DNA of 63,684 bases, counting the filler, from Octopus bimaculoides (taxonomy: Eukaryota): NCBI RefSeq assembly GCF_001194135.2. It is 11 parts of 9 records of this genome, joined end to end, with 100 filler letters (N's around TTAATTAATTAA, not from the genome) between each part and the next. Parts side by side here need not be neighbours in the genome. Positions count along the whole stretch, not along the records: positions 47,255 to 56,405 come from NC_068987.1; positions 56,506 to 60,385 come from NC_068994.1; positions 60,486 to 61,769 come from NC_068981.1; positions 61,870 to 63,684 come from NW_026410173.1; 7 more parts are not named here. One strand, written 5' to 3'. Under the pieces are notes generated by a model. That model was not told the origin of the DNA. It searched no databases and saw only the letters and a list, made by a program, of their open reading frames with translations. The position numbers and the translations under genes were made by a program. Numbering within the stretch: position 1 is the first letter of the stretch; each line of letters opens with the position of its first letter. This document shows positions 50,814 to 63,684 of this stretch, piece by piece.

Positions 50814-50998
50814 GTTATACAATGAACTTCATTAGCTTACAGTTGTTTCCGCTATAAGATGTAATTTTTCCAAATAAAGTGCACCTCATACTCAAGGGTC
50901 CGTTGAAGCTATAGGATGTTATCCGCGTATTCAGCTAAGAGTCCACCGCGCATGTTATAGCAGAAACAGCTGTAAGCTAATGAAGTTCGTTACATAAC
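50814..50998. repeat. 44-bp inverted repeat with ~97-bp spacer (possible Penelope pseudo-LTR remnant)
   Basis: Arms 50814-50857 and 50955-50998, about 5 mismatches; the right arm contains GAAACAGCTGTA. Confidence 0.75.
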
Positions 50999-51030
50999 CT
51001 TTGTTTTTTCTAGTGTCATCTCTTTGTTCT

Positions 51031-51068
<38 letters not shown>

Positions 51069-51714
51069 TGTGTGTGTGGGTGTGCGTGTGTGTGTGTGTN
51101 NNNNNNNNNNNNNNNNNNNNNNNNNNNNNNNNNNNNNNNNNNNNNNNNNNNNNNNNNNNNNNNNNNNNNNNNNNNNNNNNNNNNNNNNNNNNNNNNNNNN
51201 NNNNNNNNNNNNNNNNNNNNNNNNNNNNNNNNNNNNNNNNNNNNNNNNNNNNNNNNNNNNNNNNNNNNNNNNNNNNNNNNNNNNNNNNNNNNNNNNNNNN
51301 NNNNNNNNNNNNNNNNNNNNNNNNNNNNNNNNNNNNNNNNNNNNNNNNNNNNNNNNNNNNNNNNNNNNNNNNNNNNNNNNNNNNNNNNNNNNNNNNNNNN
51401 NNNNNNNNNNNNNNNNNNNNNNNNNNNNNNNNNNNNNNNNNNNNNNNNNNNNNNNNNNNNNNNNNNNNNNNNNNNNNNNNNNNNNNNNNNNNNNNNNNNN
51501 NNNNNNNNNNNNNNNNNNNNNNNNNNNNNNNNNNNNNNNNNNNNNNNNNNNNNNCGGAGAGAAACAAGGAGAGAGAAAAAAGAATGTGTAGTGGCTAGCG
51601 ATCTATCATGGCGAATTCGCCACGATAGATCGCGTTTTCTTTTCTCTCCTTGTTTCTTTCTATGTTCCTTTCTGTGGAAGAACGTAGGCTAACGGTGCCT
51701 TCTCCACAGAGACA

Positions 51715-52500
51715 TTAATAGAAAGTGGAGTGCCTCAGGATGCTGTATTGGGACCACTGCTGTTCATGGTGGCTCTTTTAGACATGCCATCAGTTGCACC
51801 GATAGCCACACTTACCAGCTATGCCGATGATACAAAAGTAGTGCAAGTAGCCAAGAAACTTTCTGATGCCAATCTTCTATAGAAAGACTTAGATGCCATA
51901 TATAAATGGGCTGAGGACAACATGCAATTTAATGCAGGCAAATTCCAAGTCCTCTGCTACCAGCTAATTGGTGCTCAGAAGTCACGACAACGATACTTTG
52001 GATCAAAAGAAGCTGCAATACTAGAATCACATGCGGTGGATGTTTTTGGGAATTGATATGAGCAATGATGCCTCGTTTCACATACATGTCACCAAGATGG
52101 TAGCAGTGTGCAAGCGAATGGCCGGATGGATTCTCAGAACCTTCAGAACAAGGTACCAGGAAACTATGCTGGTCCTATGGAGGACATTTATCCTCAGCCG
52201 TCTGGACTACTGCTCTCAAATGTGGTCACCTTACACTGTAGGATTAATAGCAGAACTTGAGGCAGTTCAGCGATACTACAAAAGGAAGATTGCATCGATG
52301 GAACAACTGAGCTACTGAGAAAGACTGAAAGAGCTACGATTCTACCCCATGGAGCGAAGACCGGAAAGGTATGCAGTGATATATGTGTGGAAGATACTGG
52401 AGGGGCTGGCACCAAATTTTGGAATTGAGAGTTATACCAGACCTCGAAATGGAGATGTACTTGCATAACAAGTGACCTGATCTGGGATCGTTTGCTGAAA
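51715..52500 (+). mobile_element. CR1/L2-group LINE RT fragment
   Basis: SGVPQDAVLGPLLF, SYADDTK (51814-51834), DLDAIYKWA..NMQFN..KF, LGI..ND.SF..H, RLDYCSQMWSP, LEAVQR, Y.ERLKEL..MERR.ER. Confidence 0.92.
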
Positions 52501-53099
52501 GGAAAACAGTTGCAACGTGGAAGGTATTTATAAAACATTTAAAAACACGCAAAAACCGTTAGATTCACTTCAAATTTAATTTAAATGTTGAAGTGAAGCT
52601 AACTGCTTTTGTGCATTTTTAAATGGCTTATAAACACCTTCCACGCTGCAATTGTTTATATATTTATAGTCGATTCAAAAAAACTCAGAGAAAAAGAAAA
52701 AAGCAAATGTTTGGATGTGGCACAAGCAATGTATGAATAAGACACTCAGAGAAGGAAAAGAGTAAAGGTTTTACGTTTCGAGCATAGCTCTTATTCGGAA
52801 TCAGGAAGAAACAGAAAAGTCTAAAACGAAGGAGGAAAACAATCGCCAACAATCACGTGCAGTTACACTTTTGAAGTAAGTGGCCGGAAGTATATAAATA
52901 TAAATAAATATANNNNNNNNNNNNNNNNNNNNNNNNNNNNNNNNNNNNNNNNNNNNNNNNNNNNNNNNNNNNNNNNNNNNNNNNNNNNNNNNNNNNNNNN
53001 NNNNNNNNNNNNNNNNNNNNNNATATATATATAAAGTGCATTATTATATTAAGCTTGGCATTTTTCCCCTTTAATACCTGCTGTCCTATACTGTGAATT

Positions 53100-54045
53100 G
53101 TTGCTCTCGTCATCTTTGCCACTAAAGTTGTTCTTGTTATTGTTGCTATAGCAACAGTTGTTATCTGTTATTGTTGCCAGTTAAGCTGCTTGTAGTTGTT
53201 ACTGCTGTTGCTGTAATTATTGTCATTCTCGTCAAACGATGTTGCGTGTCTTGTCTTGTTTGCTGCTGTTGCTATTGAAGCGATCGCAACGATTACTGTT
53301 GCTATTGTTGCGATAACGGGTGCAGGTGTCGCCGTTGTTGTTGATAGCAATTATTTTTATTGGGCACAGGTCAAGCTAGCTTGAACAGACCTATGATAAC
53401 AGACATTCCAAACTGTGACTACCTCATCATTTGAGGGAGAATATTTTGGACTATAATGTACAATGTGTCTGGTTTACGACAGTAGGGTGATTTAAGGGAG
53501 ATTTGGTGGGATGCTAACACTTTATAATCATGTGACCATCAAAGGGCCTGGTTAGTAGCAGTCACTGTTGACGTTGTTAACCGTCATGTCAAACCTGAGT
53601 GAGCAAACTATTGGCAATCATCATTCCATCCATGACTACCACGCGCTTATGAATATCTAGGAAAACACTGGTGAATGTGGCCTTCAATTTTTAACACTAT
53701 AGTATGTGATTTGAGAAAGATTTGGTTGCCGGTGAGACCATATAGAGGCGTTTCCGTTCGTAGCTGTATATTTTGTCGCTGGTTCTGTTGTAAAGGTTGT
53801 TATCGTGACGGTTACAGCAGCTTTTGGCAGCTTCCAGGATCTTGTCTTGCTGTTGTCTTCGCTATTGTTGCTATTATCGCGTTGTCCTTGTTACATTTGT
53901 TGTTGCAATTAGCAAAAGTTGTTATTGTCATGCTGTTGTTTTTGCTATTGTTATTCCAGCTGCTCTCGTTGCTAGTATAATTGCTACCACTGATGCTATT
54001 GCAGTTAATGTTGTCACTACTATTACTATGTTGTTCATATAGCTA

Positions 54046-54093
<48 letters not shown>

Positions 54094-54199
54094 GTGTTGT
54101 TGTTGTCGTTGTGGTGGTGGTGGTAGTGGGGATAGTAATAGTAGTAGTAGAAGCAGCGGCAGCGGTGACTACAGTAGTAGTAGCAGCAGTAGGAATTGC

Positions 54200-54247
<48 letters not shown>

Positions 54248-54596
54248 TGCTGCTGCTGCTGCTGTCGTTGCAGCAGTTGTTATTTGTTATGTCATCCTTG
54301 TTGCTGCTATCGTTGCTATGCTAGTTGTCATTGCTATTGTCATTGCTATTGTCACCAAGGGTGTTAAGTTTCAGCCACATGTGTTGGATTATGATTATGC
54401 TACATGTTGCAGAATAAACTACTTCTCCAAGACTGCATGTAACATATTACTTTAGAGTTTTTGTTTTTTTTTTTTCGTTTTAGTGAAATTCTGTTGAACG
54501 TCACTAAAAGATCAACCATGCACGTTAGAAGACAACTTAGAAGAACACTTAAGTGGCTCAAGGTGCACACCTCTCTCTTAAATGCCTTACACACCA

Positions 54597-54633
<37 letters not shown>

Positions 54634-55199
54634 CTATCTAATTATCACTATGGCTTTCTCCTTTCTCTGTCTCTTCTCTCTTTCCGCTGTCTCTCTCTCT
54701 CTCTCTATCTCTTTCAACATCTGGTATATATTGTTGGCACTCCGTCGCTTACGACGTCGAGGGTTCCAGTTGATCCGATCAACGGAACAGCCTGCTTGTG
54801 AAATTAACGTGCAAGTGGCTGAGCACTCCACAGACACGTGTACCCTTAACGTAGTTCTCGGGGAGATTCAGCGTGACACAGTGTGACAAGGCTGGCCCTT
54901 TGAAATACAGGCACAAGAGAAACAGGAAGTAAGAGTGAGAGAAAGTTGTGATGAAAGAGTACAGCAGGGTTCATCACCACCTCCTGCCGGAGCCTCGTGG
55001 AACTTTAGGTGTTTTCGCTCAATAAACACTTACAACGCCCGGTCTGGGAATCGAAACCGCGATCCTATGACCGCGAGTCCGCTGCCCTAACCACTGGGCC
55101 ATTGCGCCTCTACTCTGGTATATATAATATATAACATACGTACATACATACATGCATGCATATATATACGTAGACACAAATACACACACACACACATAT

Positions 55200-55294
<95 letters not shown>

Positions 55295-56405
55295 AAAAGA
55301 GAAAGAGAGAGAGAGAGAATAAAGGAATTCTCGAACACAGGTTGGCTGTGCAAACAGCTAAGAAAATCGGGTAAATACCCTTTAGAAAGAGAAAAAGTGG
55401 CCTGCAAGTTTCTACAGAGAATCGAACCATGTACCTCTCAAATTCCAGGAAATATATATATATAACATACGCACACAAACACACACACAACACACTCACA
55501 CACGTGTATATACATACACACTCATATTTACTGGAACAATTTTCATCTGGGACTCTTTCTTCTACAAACCACCCCTTTCATTTACTAAACTAATTTTCAG
55601 GAAATTGACCTGATAACTCTTGTTGCTGTCTTTTTTTTTTGTTTTTGTTTTTTTGCAATTTGTGGTTGCTAATGTTTGCTATTGCTATTGCAATCGTAGT
55701 TATTGCAGCTGTTATTGCAGCTGTTATCGCTGCTATTGTCATTGTCACAAATGTTACTGCTGTTCATCTAATGTTGTTGCTTTTTTTATCCCCAGTTTTG
55801 TTGTTGCTATTTTTACTCCCACTATTGTTGTTGCTATCGCTATTAATTGCTATTGTCACTGCTGTTGTACTTTTTCATTCTTCCTGTTGTCTTTACTATT
55901 GCAGTGGTTGTCATTGTTTGCTGCTGCTAGTGTTATTGTTATTGTCACTGTTGGCCTTTTGTTGTTGCTGTTGTTGTTCGTCGTAGTGGTAGTCATGGTG
56001 GTAGTAGTGGTCGTCGTGGTACGATTGTTATCATTGCATCATTGATGCTGTTGTTATTATGGTTTCGCCTACAGCTGTTGCAGTTGTTTTTCTTGTTGCT
56101 GCTGCTGTTGCTGCAGCTAGTGTTGTTAACGCTGCTCTTACTGTTCTTGTTGATGTTTTAGTTGTTAATACTGCTGCTGCTGCTACAACTGCTTCGGTTA
56201 CTATCGCCACTGTTGTTGTTGGTTGGTGAGTCGGTTGGTTAGTTGGACGGTTGTTCCGCATGTAGTTGTCACTGCGTCCTCTGTTGTTATTGTTGTTGTT
56301 CTTGTTGTTGTTGTTGATGATGATGATAATGTTGATGCGGTTATTGTTATTGTTCTGCCTTGTATTTTATTATTTTGTATTTCAATCGCCACTCCGATTC
56401 AAACG
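53100..56405. repeat. cluster of degenerate GTT/GCT/GTA/ATT trinucleotide tracts (53130-53350, 53760-54360, 55620-56400) with (GA)n at 55203-55318
   Basis: Visible triplet periodicity; low-complexity ORFs in several frames. Confidence 0.85.
54730..55110 (-). mobile_element. SINE family A, full length
   Basis: Reverse complement from gaggcgcaatggcccagtggttagggcagcgg to aactggaaccctcgacgtcgtaagcgacggagtgccaacaa. Confidence 0.94.
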
Positions 56406-56828
56406 NNNNNNNNNNNNNNNNNNNNNNNNNNNNNNNNNNNNNNNNNNNNTTAATTAATTAANNNNNNNNNNNNNNNNNNNNNNNNNNNNNNNNNNNNNNN
56501 NNNNNCTTCTCGGTCGGCCGACCATGAGCATGGACGTGTCAAGCAGTGTCTCCAACATTCCAACTCTGGAGACAGTCTCTTTACGTGTTTAGCTGTCACT
56601 CTCCATCTTTCGGACTTACACTCGACAGCTCGCTTACATCTACATAACAACGTCCCAACAACTATGCTCACACACACAGAAGCTGTAACAACAAGAGCTA
56701 AAGATGTATATATTTACCACCTGAATAAATGTTGTTTAAGTTGATAGTCTGGAGTTCAGCGTTCCGTTTTGTTTCTAATATTATATAGGAAAGTCAGGTA
56801 TACATCTAATGATGTATAACCAACTTTC

Positions 56829-57490
56829 CTATAATGGTATTCTACACAAATTCGCTATAGATTTGTTCACTACAGTATTATCTCCGGTAATAGCTACAAC
56901 ATTTTCTAAATTTTTGTTACAGACACATAACACATACTCTATAAATTCGACATAATCAGAAGCAGTAAATGCCAGCAAAACAGTACAACAGTCATTTTGA
57001 TAATTGCACGAATAAGATGCAAAAAGTCCAATGAAATGCGTCGAACCCTTAGTCCAACCGTCAATTCGCAACAAAAATTTACTTGGAAGTTCATCAGATA
57101 TTTTCTTTTCCACTTCTTGAGTAAGTTTCTCTATGTATTTATTTAAGGTCACATTTGTAATACTTCTCAAGTTTGTGTATTTACGAGTCAGTGAATCTTC
57201 AGTAAAGGAAAATGGCTTTAAACCAACACATACCCACTCAATCTAACCATAAACATTTAAGGCTGAGCGACTGACCAAACTACTTCTTGGTGAAAGAAAA
57301 CTCGATAAAGATGGTTGTCCAGTTGCTTGTGTAGTAGAATACTCAGGATGCTGATTTTTTATAAGATTTGTCCATCCAGTTCCATTTTTCTGGGTCAACT
57401 TTTTTCCACACTTGCATTTCTACACAGGTTCACTGTCTGCTTAGTTAAAATATTTTCTGATGATTTTCTCATTTTCACGTGGCATGAGTT
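56829..57490 (-). mobile_element. hAT-like transposase fragment
   Basis: NVYG*IEWV..KPFSF.E..TRKYTNL, LPSKFLLRIDGWT..HFIGLFA, L..VVAITGDNTVVNKSIA..IPL (D..DGW and GDN catalytic region); truncated before the GC.SH motif. Confidence 0.8.
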
Positions 57491-57643
57491 AGTTTAAAAT
57501 AAAATATATTTCGCTACAGTTTAAACTAGAAGATATTGCACCACTCCACTGATGAAAGTCTGATTCAGTTAATATGTTGGAGCGGAATTCAAGATACAAC
57601 TGCGTTGCAGGCGAAGTTACGATTTAAATGACCTGAAGATATA

Positions 57644-57950
57644 ATGTGTGAATCATTCTCGGTGGTCAGAACCAAGAATCACTCGACAGCGGTTATTTGA
57701 CAACATACAAAATAGCCAATTCCCAAACACGACAGAATGTATGAATCATTCTCGCCAGTCCTAACCTAGTGTCAACATTCGACAGCGGTTACGTGACAAC
57801 ATACACAATAGCCAAATCCCAAGCATGATAGAATGTGTATCATTCTCAGTAGTCTGAATTAAGCAGCAACACTTGACAACATACACAATAGTCAATTCCT
57901 AAGCACGACAGAATGTGTGAATCCTTCTCAGCAGTCAGAACAAAGTGCCA
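57644..57950. repeat. degenerate tandem repeat, 3-4 units of ~80-97 bp
   Basis: Recurrent AATGTGTGAATCATTCTC and TGACAACATACACAATAG(C/T)CAA blocks. Confidence 0.8.
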
Positions 57951-58419
57951 ACACAATACCTCAAATAATAATAATAGAACGATGTATTTGCCTATTGAAC
58001 GAAGTATGAGCCATTTGAAAAACTTTCGCTGACAATGTTGCAATTAATTGATATGATAGCAATCAATTATTTAATAGGTAGTACGACTCCAATAAATTAA
58101 TTGGACCAGTATATTGCAATTTTTTATAACCCCTGGAGCACCTCTTGTGCATTCATCATATACAGTGAGCAAAATGTATGGATTTCTACTTAATCCTTTT
58201 TTGCGTATTGATTGTTGACATTTTCCCATTGAAAATATGGCCCTTTACGCTTTCTTACTAACTAAAACATTAGTCATTAGCTAGGTTTACTTCGAGGCCT
58301 CTGGATTGTGTTTTTTGTTTCTTAATTAGGAGTCTTATTTTTTTTTAGGTATATGGTGAAATCAAGTATGGTGACCAAATCATTGGAATACAGAAATTCC
58401 TACGGACAGCCGGTCTTAA

Positions 58420-58910
58420 ACTCTTCTCTTATGACCAAGAAACATAGACGGACTGAGTACTGAGCTCTGATGGACGTTAAGCTTCAAGAATTCGAAACCG
58501 AACTCCGTTGTTGATCGTTACCTCGCTGGCACACTTTAGTAAATGACTTGCAAGACTCTCACGAATCATTCATCTATCAATAGTTTCTTAGCGCCTATCG
58601 ACTATAGCGTGTGGGACCTTGTTAAAAGCTTTCCTCAATCGACAAAATCTTGATACATTGACTTTCTTTTAGCTAAGTATTTTTTTCAGTAGCTGCACCA
58701 CTAGGAAGATAACATCATTGGTTTTTCCGTCCGGGCATAAACCCGAAAACTGGATCTCGTTTAAGCTAATTTGCTTCCCAATCAGTCATGCTACAATCTT
58801 TTCAGTAACTTTGTCTTCTCTGCAGAACATCTCTTCCCTTCTTTCGGTTGGTAATGATATTGCTACGTTGGAGTCATTGGGCATGATACCTTTTGGTACT
58901 ACCTGACTGA
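58420..58910 (-). mobile_element. RTE-clade LINE RT fragment, decayed
   Basis: QF.GFMPG-like, IFLV.QL.EKYL.K.KSMY..FVD..KAFNKVP, LRKL.IDE, VHQSSVLSP. Confidence 0.8.
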
Positions 58911-60039
58911 CAATGCAGATAAATTATCCGCATTGATCTAATTCCTTTGCTATTTTAATATTTATTTTTCACTATTTCATTAGTTATTTTAAGCATTCCC
59001 GCGTCTATTTGATTATATAATGCGTATCCTTGTAATGATGACTTGAAGAAAACCTGCCGGGAGGCGTTTTTATCTGATAGCATGCACGGGCGCACACGCA
59101 CACACATACACGCATACAAGCACTCACACACACCCATGTACGCACGCACGCGCACGCACACACATCTGAATAATTACAGAAACGGATTAATACGCACGTT
59201 TTAATTGGTTATGCATCAAGCGATTATGCATGGCTTACTGTCATTATTCAATTATAGTGGGACTCATGCTTATGACAATACTGCGTACGCCAGCATGGAT
59301 AATATATTTACAACGCAATACGCGTATAGAGTTGGAAAGCCGATTAAACAATTAGTTGGAAACATCTGGTAATTTGTACCAACTGGAACGGAGTTAGACG
59401 TCGGAGTCACCAATTGTAACAGGCATGATGTTGAAAAAGAGAAAGATGATGTGAATGTCGTTGTGTTGGACTTCGAGGAATAAGGACAGTGGTCAAAGTT
59501 GCAGATAACATATATATTTTATTTACCGTTATATAATATGTATAGCCAGACCACGACGGAAAGGCATGTATAAAATAATCGAGAGTTAATTTCTCCTTGT
59601 ATGAGAGTGTACATGTTCTTGTCGTTGTAGCAGCAGAAAAGAGATAGAGCGATGTTTGTTAGAACGGAGCAGGTGAACAAGTGAGAAGCAGGAGAAGGAA
59701 GTTGTATGGTGAAACAACAGCGGTCGATTACTTTCTCTCTCCCTCTGTGTCTGCCTCTAGTGGTCTGCTTGGAACTGATTGCATTTATAAGTTGCAGACG
59801 AGCTAGAAAAGAGGTATACTACATGACTAAATTAATGTAGGTCACTCATAACCTGTTTCAACTTTCCCTGGCATAGAAACGGTTAAGAGATTATGTGTAA
59901 GACACATATATCTGCGTTCCTTCTTGACAGAACAATAGGTCGTATGGCTAGGGAGAATTTCTAGATTCGATTTCGAATCTCAGGTAGAGCCAAACGAGGT
60001 CTCTACATTGCGTTAGAGCAAACTACTAAAAATATATAT

Positions 60040-60325
60040 GTGTGGGCGCGTATATTAAGGGTTAGGATATTCGGTTTACAATCGTAAGGTCGTAAGTTCG
60101 ATTCCCAGTGAGTTTGATCCAGGCTGACAAAAATGAGTTATACTTGTATTTCAAAAGAACCTGCCTTGTCACACACTGTATCACGCTGAATCTCTCTGAG
60201 AACTACGTTAAGGGTACGCGTGGCTGTGGAGTGTTCAGCCACTTGCAAGTTAATTTCACGAGCATGCTGCTCCGTTGATCGGATCAACTGGAACCCTCGA
60301 CGTCGACGTTCTAACCGACAGAGAG
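60040..60325 (+). mobile_element. SINE family A, diverged with internal deletion
   Basis: gttcgattccc B box; ccttgtcacac..cacgctgaatctc..gagaactacgttaagggtac..gatcggatcaactggaaccctcgacgtcg. Confidence 0.85.
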
Positions 60326-60343
60326 CCCGTTACACACACACAA

Positions 60344-60385
<42 letters not shown>

Positions 60386-60485
60386 NNNNNNNNNNNNNNN
60401 NNNNNNNNNNNNNNNNNNNNNNNNNNNNNTTAATTAATTAANNNNNNNNNNNNNNNNNNNNNNNNNNNNNNNNNNNNNNNNNNNN

Positions 60486-60518
<33 letters not shown>

Positions 60519-61369
60519 TATATATATGTATGTATATATACATATACATATATATATATGTATGTATATATACACACACATATATATGTGCATATATATG
60601 CGCACACATACTACACGCACACATATATAAAAGCATACACACACGCACGCGCACACACATACACACACACATATAGAAAGTATTTGTATGGCTGGGTCTG
60701 CATATGTGTGCAAATGCAGAAATGTCTAGAAGAGTGCGCGTTGTGGTTGTGTTCTCACTTTTTCCTAATTCTTTGACGATTTTCTGGTTTCTAACAAAGA
60801 CACGAATCTCCATGAATGGAATTCACACGACACCTACGGAAAATTTGCTACAAGCTAAATTTTAGAACAGTCATCCATTTTCAGAATGTGCATGAAATAG
60901 AATTTTCTTCCTTTATCTGGAACCAATAAATTTTTGAAGATTATTACCAAAGCATTAAATAACTTAACCAAGTCTGCTAATAGTTAATAGTTTTTAGTTT
61001 TGGGATAGTTTTAACATCAATGATAATGCAACTCTTGCGAACAACCTTCAGCAATGAATATTCTAATGACTTTTGTGCTGTCTCTGCGTGTGTCTCGGTA
61101 TAAATGTCATCTCTAGACGAAATAAATGTCATCTCTAGACGAAACGTATCTGTAGCTATGCAACAGGTATGAACGTAAATATGTAACATATATGATATAT
61201 GATAAAAATCATATAGTATATTGTTTAAACTTATTTAATATATTTGATATATATGTTAAAAGTGAAGATGTAACAGGCATAAGTATAAAGCTGTAATATA
61301 TAGTATATAATACATATAATATGTAATGTAATATCTAAAATTTGATATTTAACAAATGTACAATGCAGT

Positions 61370-61520
61370 GAGCTGGCAGAATCCTTAGCGTGTCAGGCAA
61401 AATGGTTAGCAACACTTCGTCCAGCTTTATGCTCTGGATTCAGATTCCACCACGGATGATTTGCCTTTCAGCCTTTCGAAGCCGATGTAATATGTGCCAG
61501 TTCAGCAAAAGGTTGGTGTA
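61370..61520 (+). mobile_element. SINE family C, diverged
   Basis: gtgagctggcagaatccttagc...ttgcctttcagcctttcgaagccgat. Confidence 0.75.
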
Positions 61521-63684
61521 ATCAATTCGAATGAAAAGGGAGACAATCTCCCTCCCTACGACAAGCGAGATGGAGTCATACCAGCGCTCATTTCAGATTT
61601 AATCAGTTTTCATCGGTGACCCGTTACTCAGTCACCGAGAGTTAAAGAACCTAAGTCACCTTGTGAGCGTTATATAGAACACCATAGGAAACATCGTTCA
61701 GTCATTGCTAGAAACAGCAGCCGGTAAGTTATTTATATCCCTTGCATATCTTTTCCTTGATCTTGGTTCNNNNNNNNNNNNNNNNNNNNNNNNNNNNNNN
61801 NNNNNNNNNNNNNTTAATTAATTAANNNNNNNNNNNNNNNNNNNNNNNNNNNNNNNNNNNNNNNNNNNNTGGAAACAAATAAGGGGTGGCATCTGGCTGT
61901 AAAAAGATGTCTCAGTAATTATCTAACTCATGCCTGCATAGAAAAACAGATGTAAAATTGAATAAACAAACAATGTAATGTGGCAGATAGGAAATATCTC
62001 TGGGGAGCTTTCTGCATTTTAAATGCATGCATGATAGTGCTTCACTTAAGTAATTTAAGGAATTGTAAAACTTCAATTAACTGAACTTGTCTTTGTAATT
62101 AGTTGGCAAAAATTCCCTCCAGATGTGTTTGAAATTGAAGAATAACAATTATGGGTGGTAATTCCTGTTATATCAGTCAATCAAAATGTCAGGAAAATTT
62201 AGACAATGCAGATGGAGATTAATCCTATCATTAAAACCAACTAGGGAATGGTAACGACTATTTGAAACACAACAAAAGACAAATATTTATTTGTTCTGTA
62301 TTAATTGCTGGTAGGAACACCTTATTTTGTTTTGCAACCATAATATACTACTAAGTCTATTAAAGGTTTAATAGTCAATACTATGTCCTACTTCTTGTGT
62401 TAGCTATACTGGCTCTAAATTCTGATGAAAATCTGTTGAGATAACTTAAAGNNNNNNNNNNNNNNNNNNNNNNNNNNNNNNNNNNNNNNNNNNNNNNNNN
62501 NNNNNNNNNNATATTGTATATAAAAGCAGGTGTAAACAACGTTTTTTTATGCTATAACATCATGGACAGTAAAAGAAGGGTAATTTGGATTGGTTTCAAT
62601 CCTTTTATTGAGATCTCATCAGTGACCACATTTGCATAAATTATGCTTTCTNNNNNNNNNNTTTTATTGAGATCTCATCAGTGACCACATTTGCATAAAT
62701 TATGCTTTCTTGACATATAGATCACGTAACAGTTCCCTGATGCGTTTACACGATTTTGCTTTGATATTTTAATGAATTAATAAATAATTGCAAAGGTTTT
62801 TNNNNNNNNNNNNNNNNNNNNNNNNNNNNNNNNNNNNNNNNNNNNNNNNNNNNNNNNNNNNNNNNNNNNNNNNNNNNNNNNNNNNNNNNNNNNNNNNNNN
62901 NNNNNNNNNNNNNNNNNNNNNNNNNNNNNNNNNNNNNNNNNNNNNNNNNNNNNNNNNNNNNNNNNNNNNNNNNNNNNNNNNNNNNNNNNNNNNNNNNNNN
63001 NNNNNNNNNNNNNNNNNNNNNNNNNNNNNNNNNNNNNNNNNNNNNNNNNNNNNNNNNNNNNNNNNNNNNNNNNNNNNNNNNNNNNNNNNNNNNNNNNNNN
63101 NNNNNNNNNNNNNNNNNNNNNNNNNNNNNNNNNNNNNNNNNNNNNNNNNNNNNNNNNNNNNNNNNNNNNNNNNNNNNNNNNNNNNNNNNNNNNNNNNNNN
63201 NNNNNNNNNNNNNNNNNNNNNNNNNNNNNNNNNNNNNNNNNNNNNNNNNNNNNNNNNNNNNNNNNNNNNNNNNNNNNNNNNNNNNNNNNNNNNNNNNNNN
63301 NNNNNNNNNNNNNNNNNNNNNNNNNNNNNNNNNNNNNNNNNNNNNNNNNNNNNNNNNNNNNNNNNNNNNNNNNNNNNNNNNNNNNNNNNNNNNNNNNNNN
63401 NNNNNNNNNNNNNNNNNNNNNNNNNNNNNNNNNNNNNNNNNNNNNNNNNNNNNNNNNNNNNNNNNNNNNNNNNNNNNNNNNNNNNNNNNNNNNNNNNNNN
63501 NNNNNNNNNNNNNNNNNNNNNNNNNNNNNNNNNNNNNNNNNGTTATGCTACTATAATTTATAATAGACTAAATCTGTCAATTATTAACCAGGATATATTT
63601 ATGTAGACAAATGTCTGCAGAGATATTGTGTAAAAGACAAACTGTCAAGTTGTTTACATCTGTCTACGGACAGAGCATTGGCAA

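Noticed and set aside
56505-56770. LTR-like fragment with AATAAA
   Set aside because: No second LTR, TG..CA ends, PBS or internal domain visible; the left end is in a gap.
59761-59813. Possible exon after a pyrimidine tract (VCLELIAFISCRRARKE, donor AG|GTATAC)
   Set aside because: Too short to support without transcript data; the tract is partly a CT microsatellite.
62603-62710. Exact 49-bp direct repeat (62603-62651 and 62662-62710)
   Set aside because: The copies flank a 10-N gap; typical unmerged contig overlap.

Overview
AT-rich, gap-ridden eukaryotic genomic DNA. The SINE families, microsatellite load and TTAATTAATTAA scaffold linkers suggest an octopus assembly (inference). No host protein-coding gene could be supported. 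The window is a transposon graveyard: three tRNA-headed SINE families (called A, B, C here), non-LTR retrotransposon fragments (Tx1/L1-like, HERO/R2-group, R4/Dong, CR1-group, RTE), several Penelope-like elements (one with a near-complete type I hammerhead ribozyme), and DNA transposons (mariner, DD37D-like Tc1/mariner, MULE, hAT-like, piggyBac-type and Merlin-like MITEs), including a multi-level nest at 47.4-50.6 kb. The most interesting signal is a set of Tx1/L1-type 3' tails that share a covarying terminal stem-loop but occupy different targets. One is a 1.85 kb single-ORF (ORF1-only, no RT) element with a perfect 14-bp TSD inside a SINE tRNA head, a site hit independently a second time in this window. 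Another is a family always bordered by (ATCT)n, which in one case splits the Y-I-G codons of a Penelope endonuclease with arrays on both sides. Alignments, translations and family calls were made by eye; coordinates of degraded elements are approximate.
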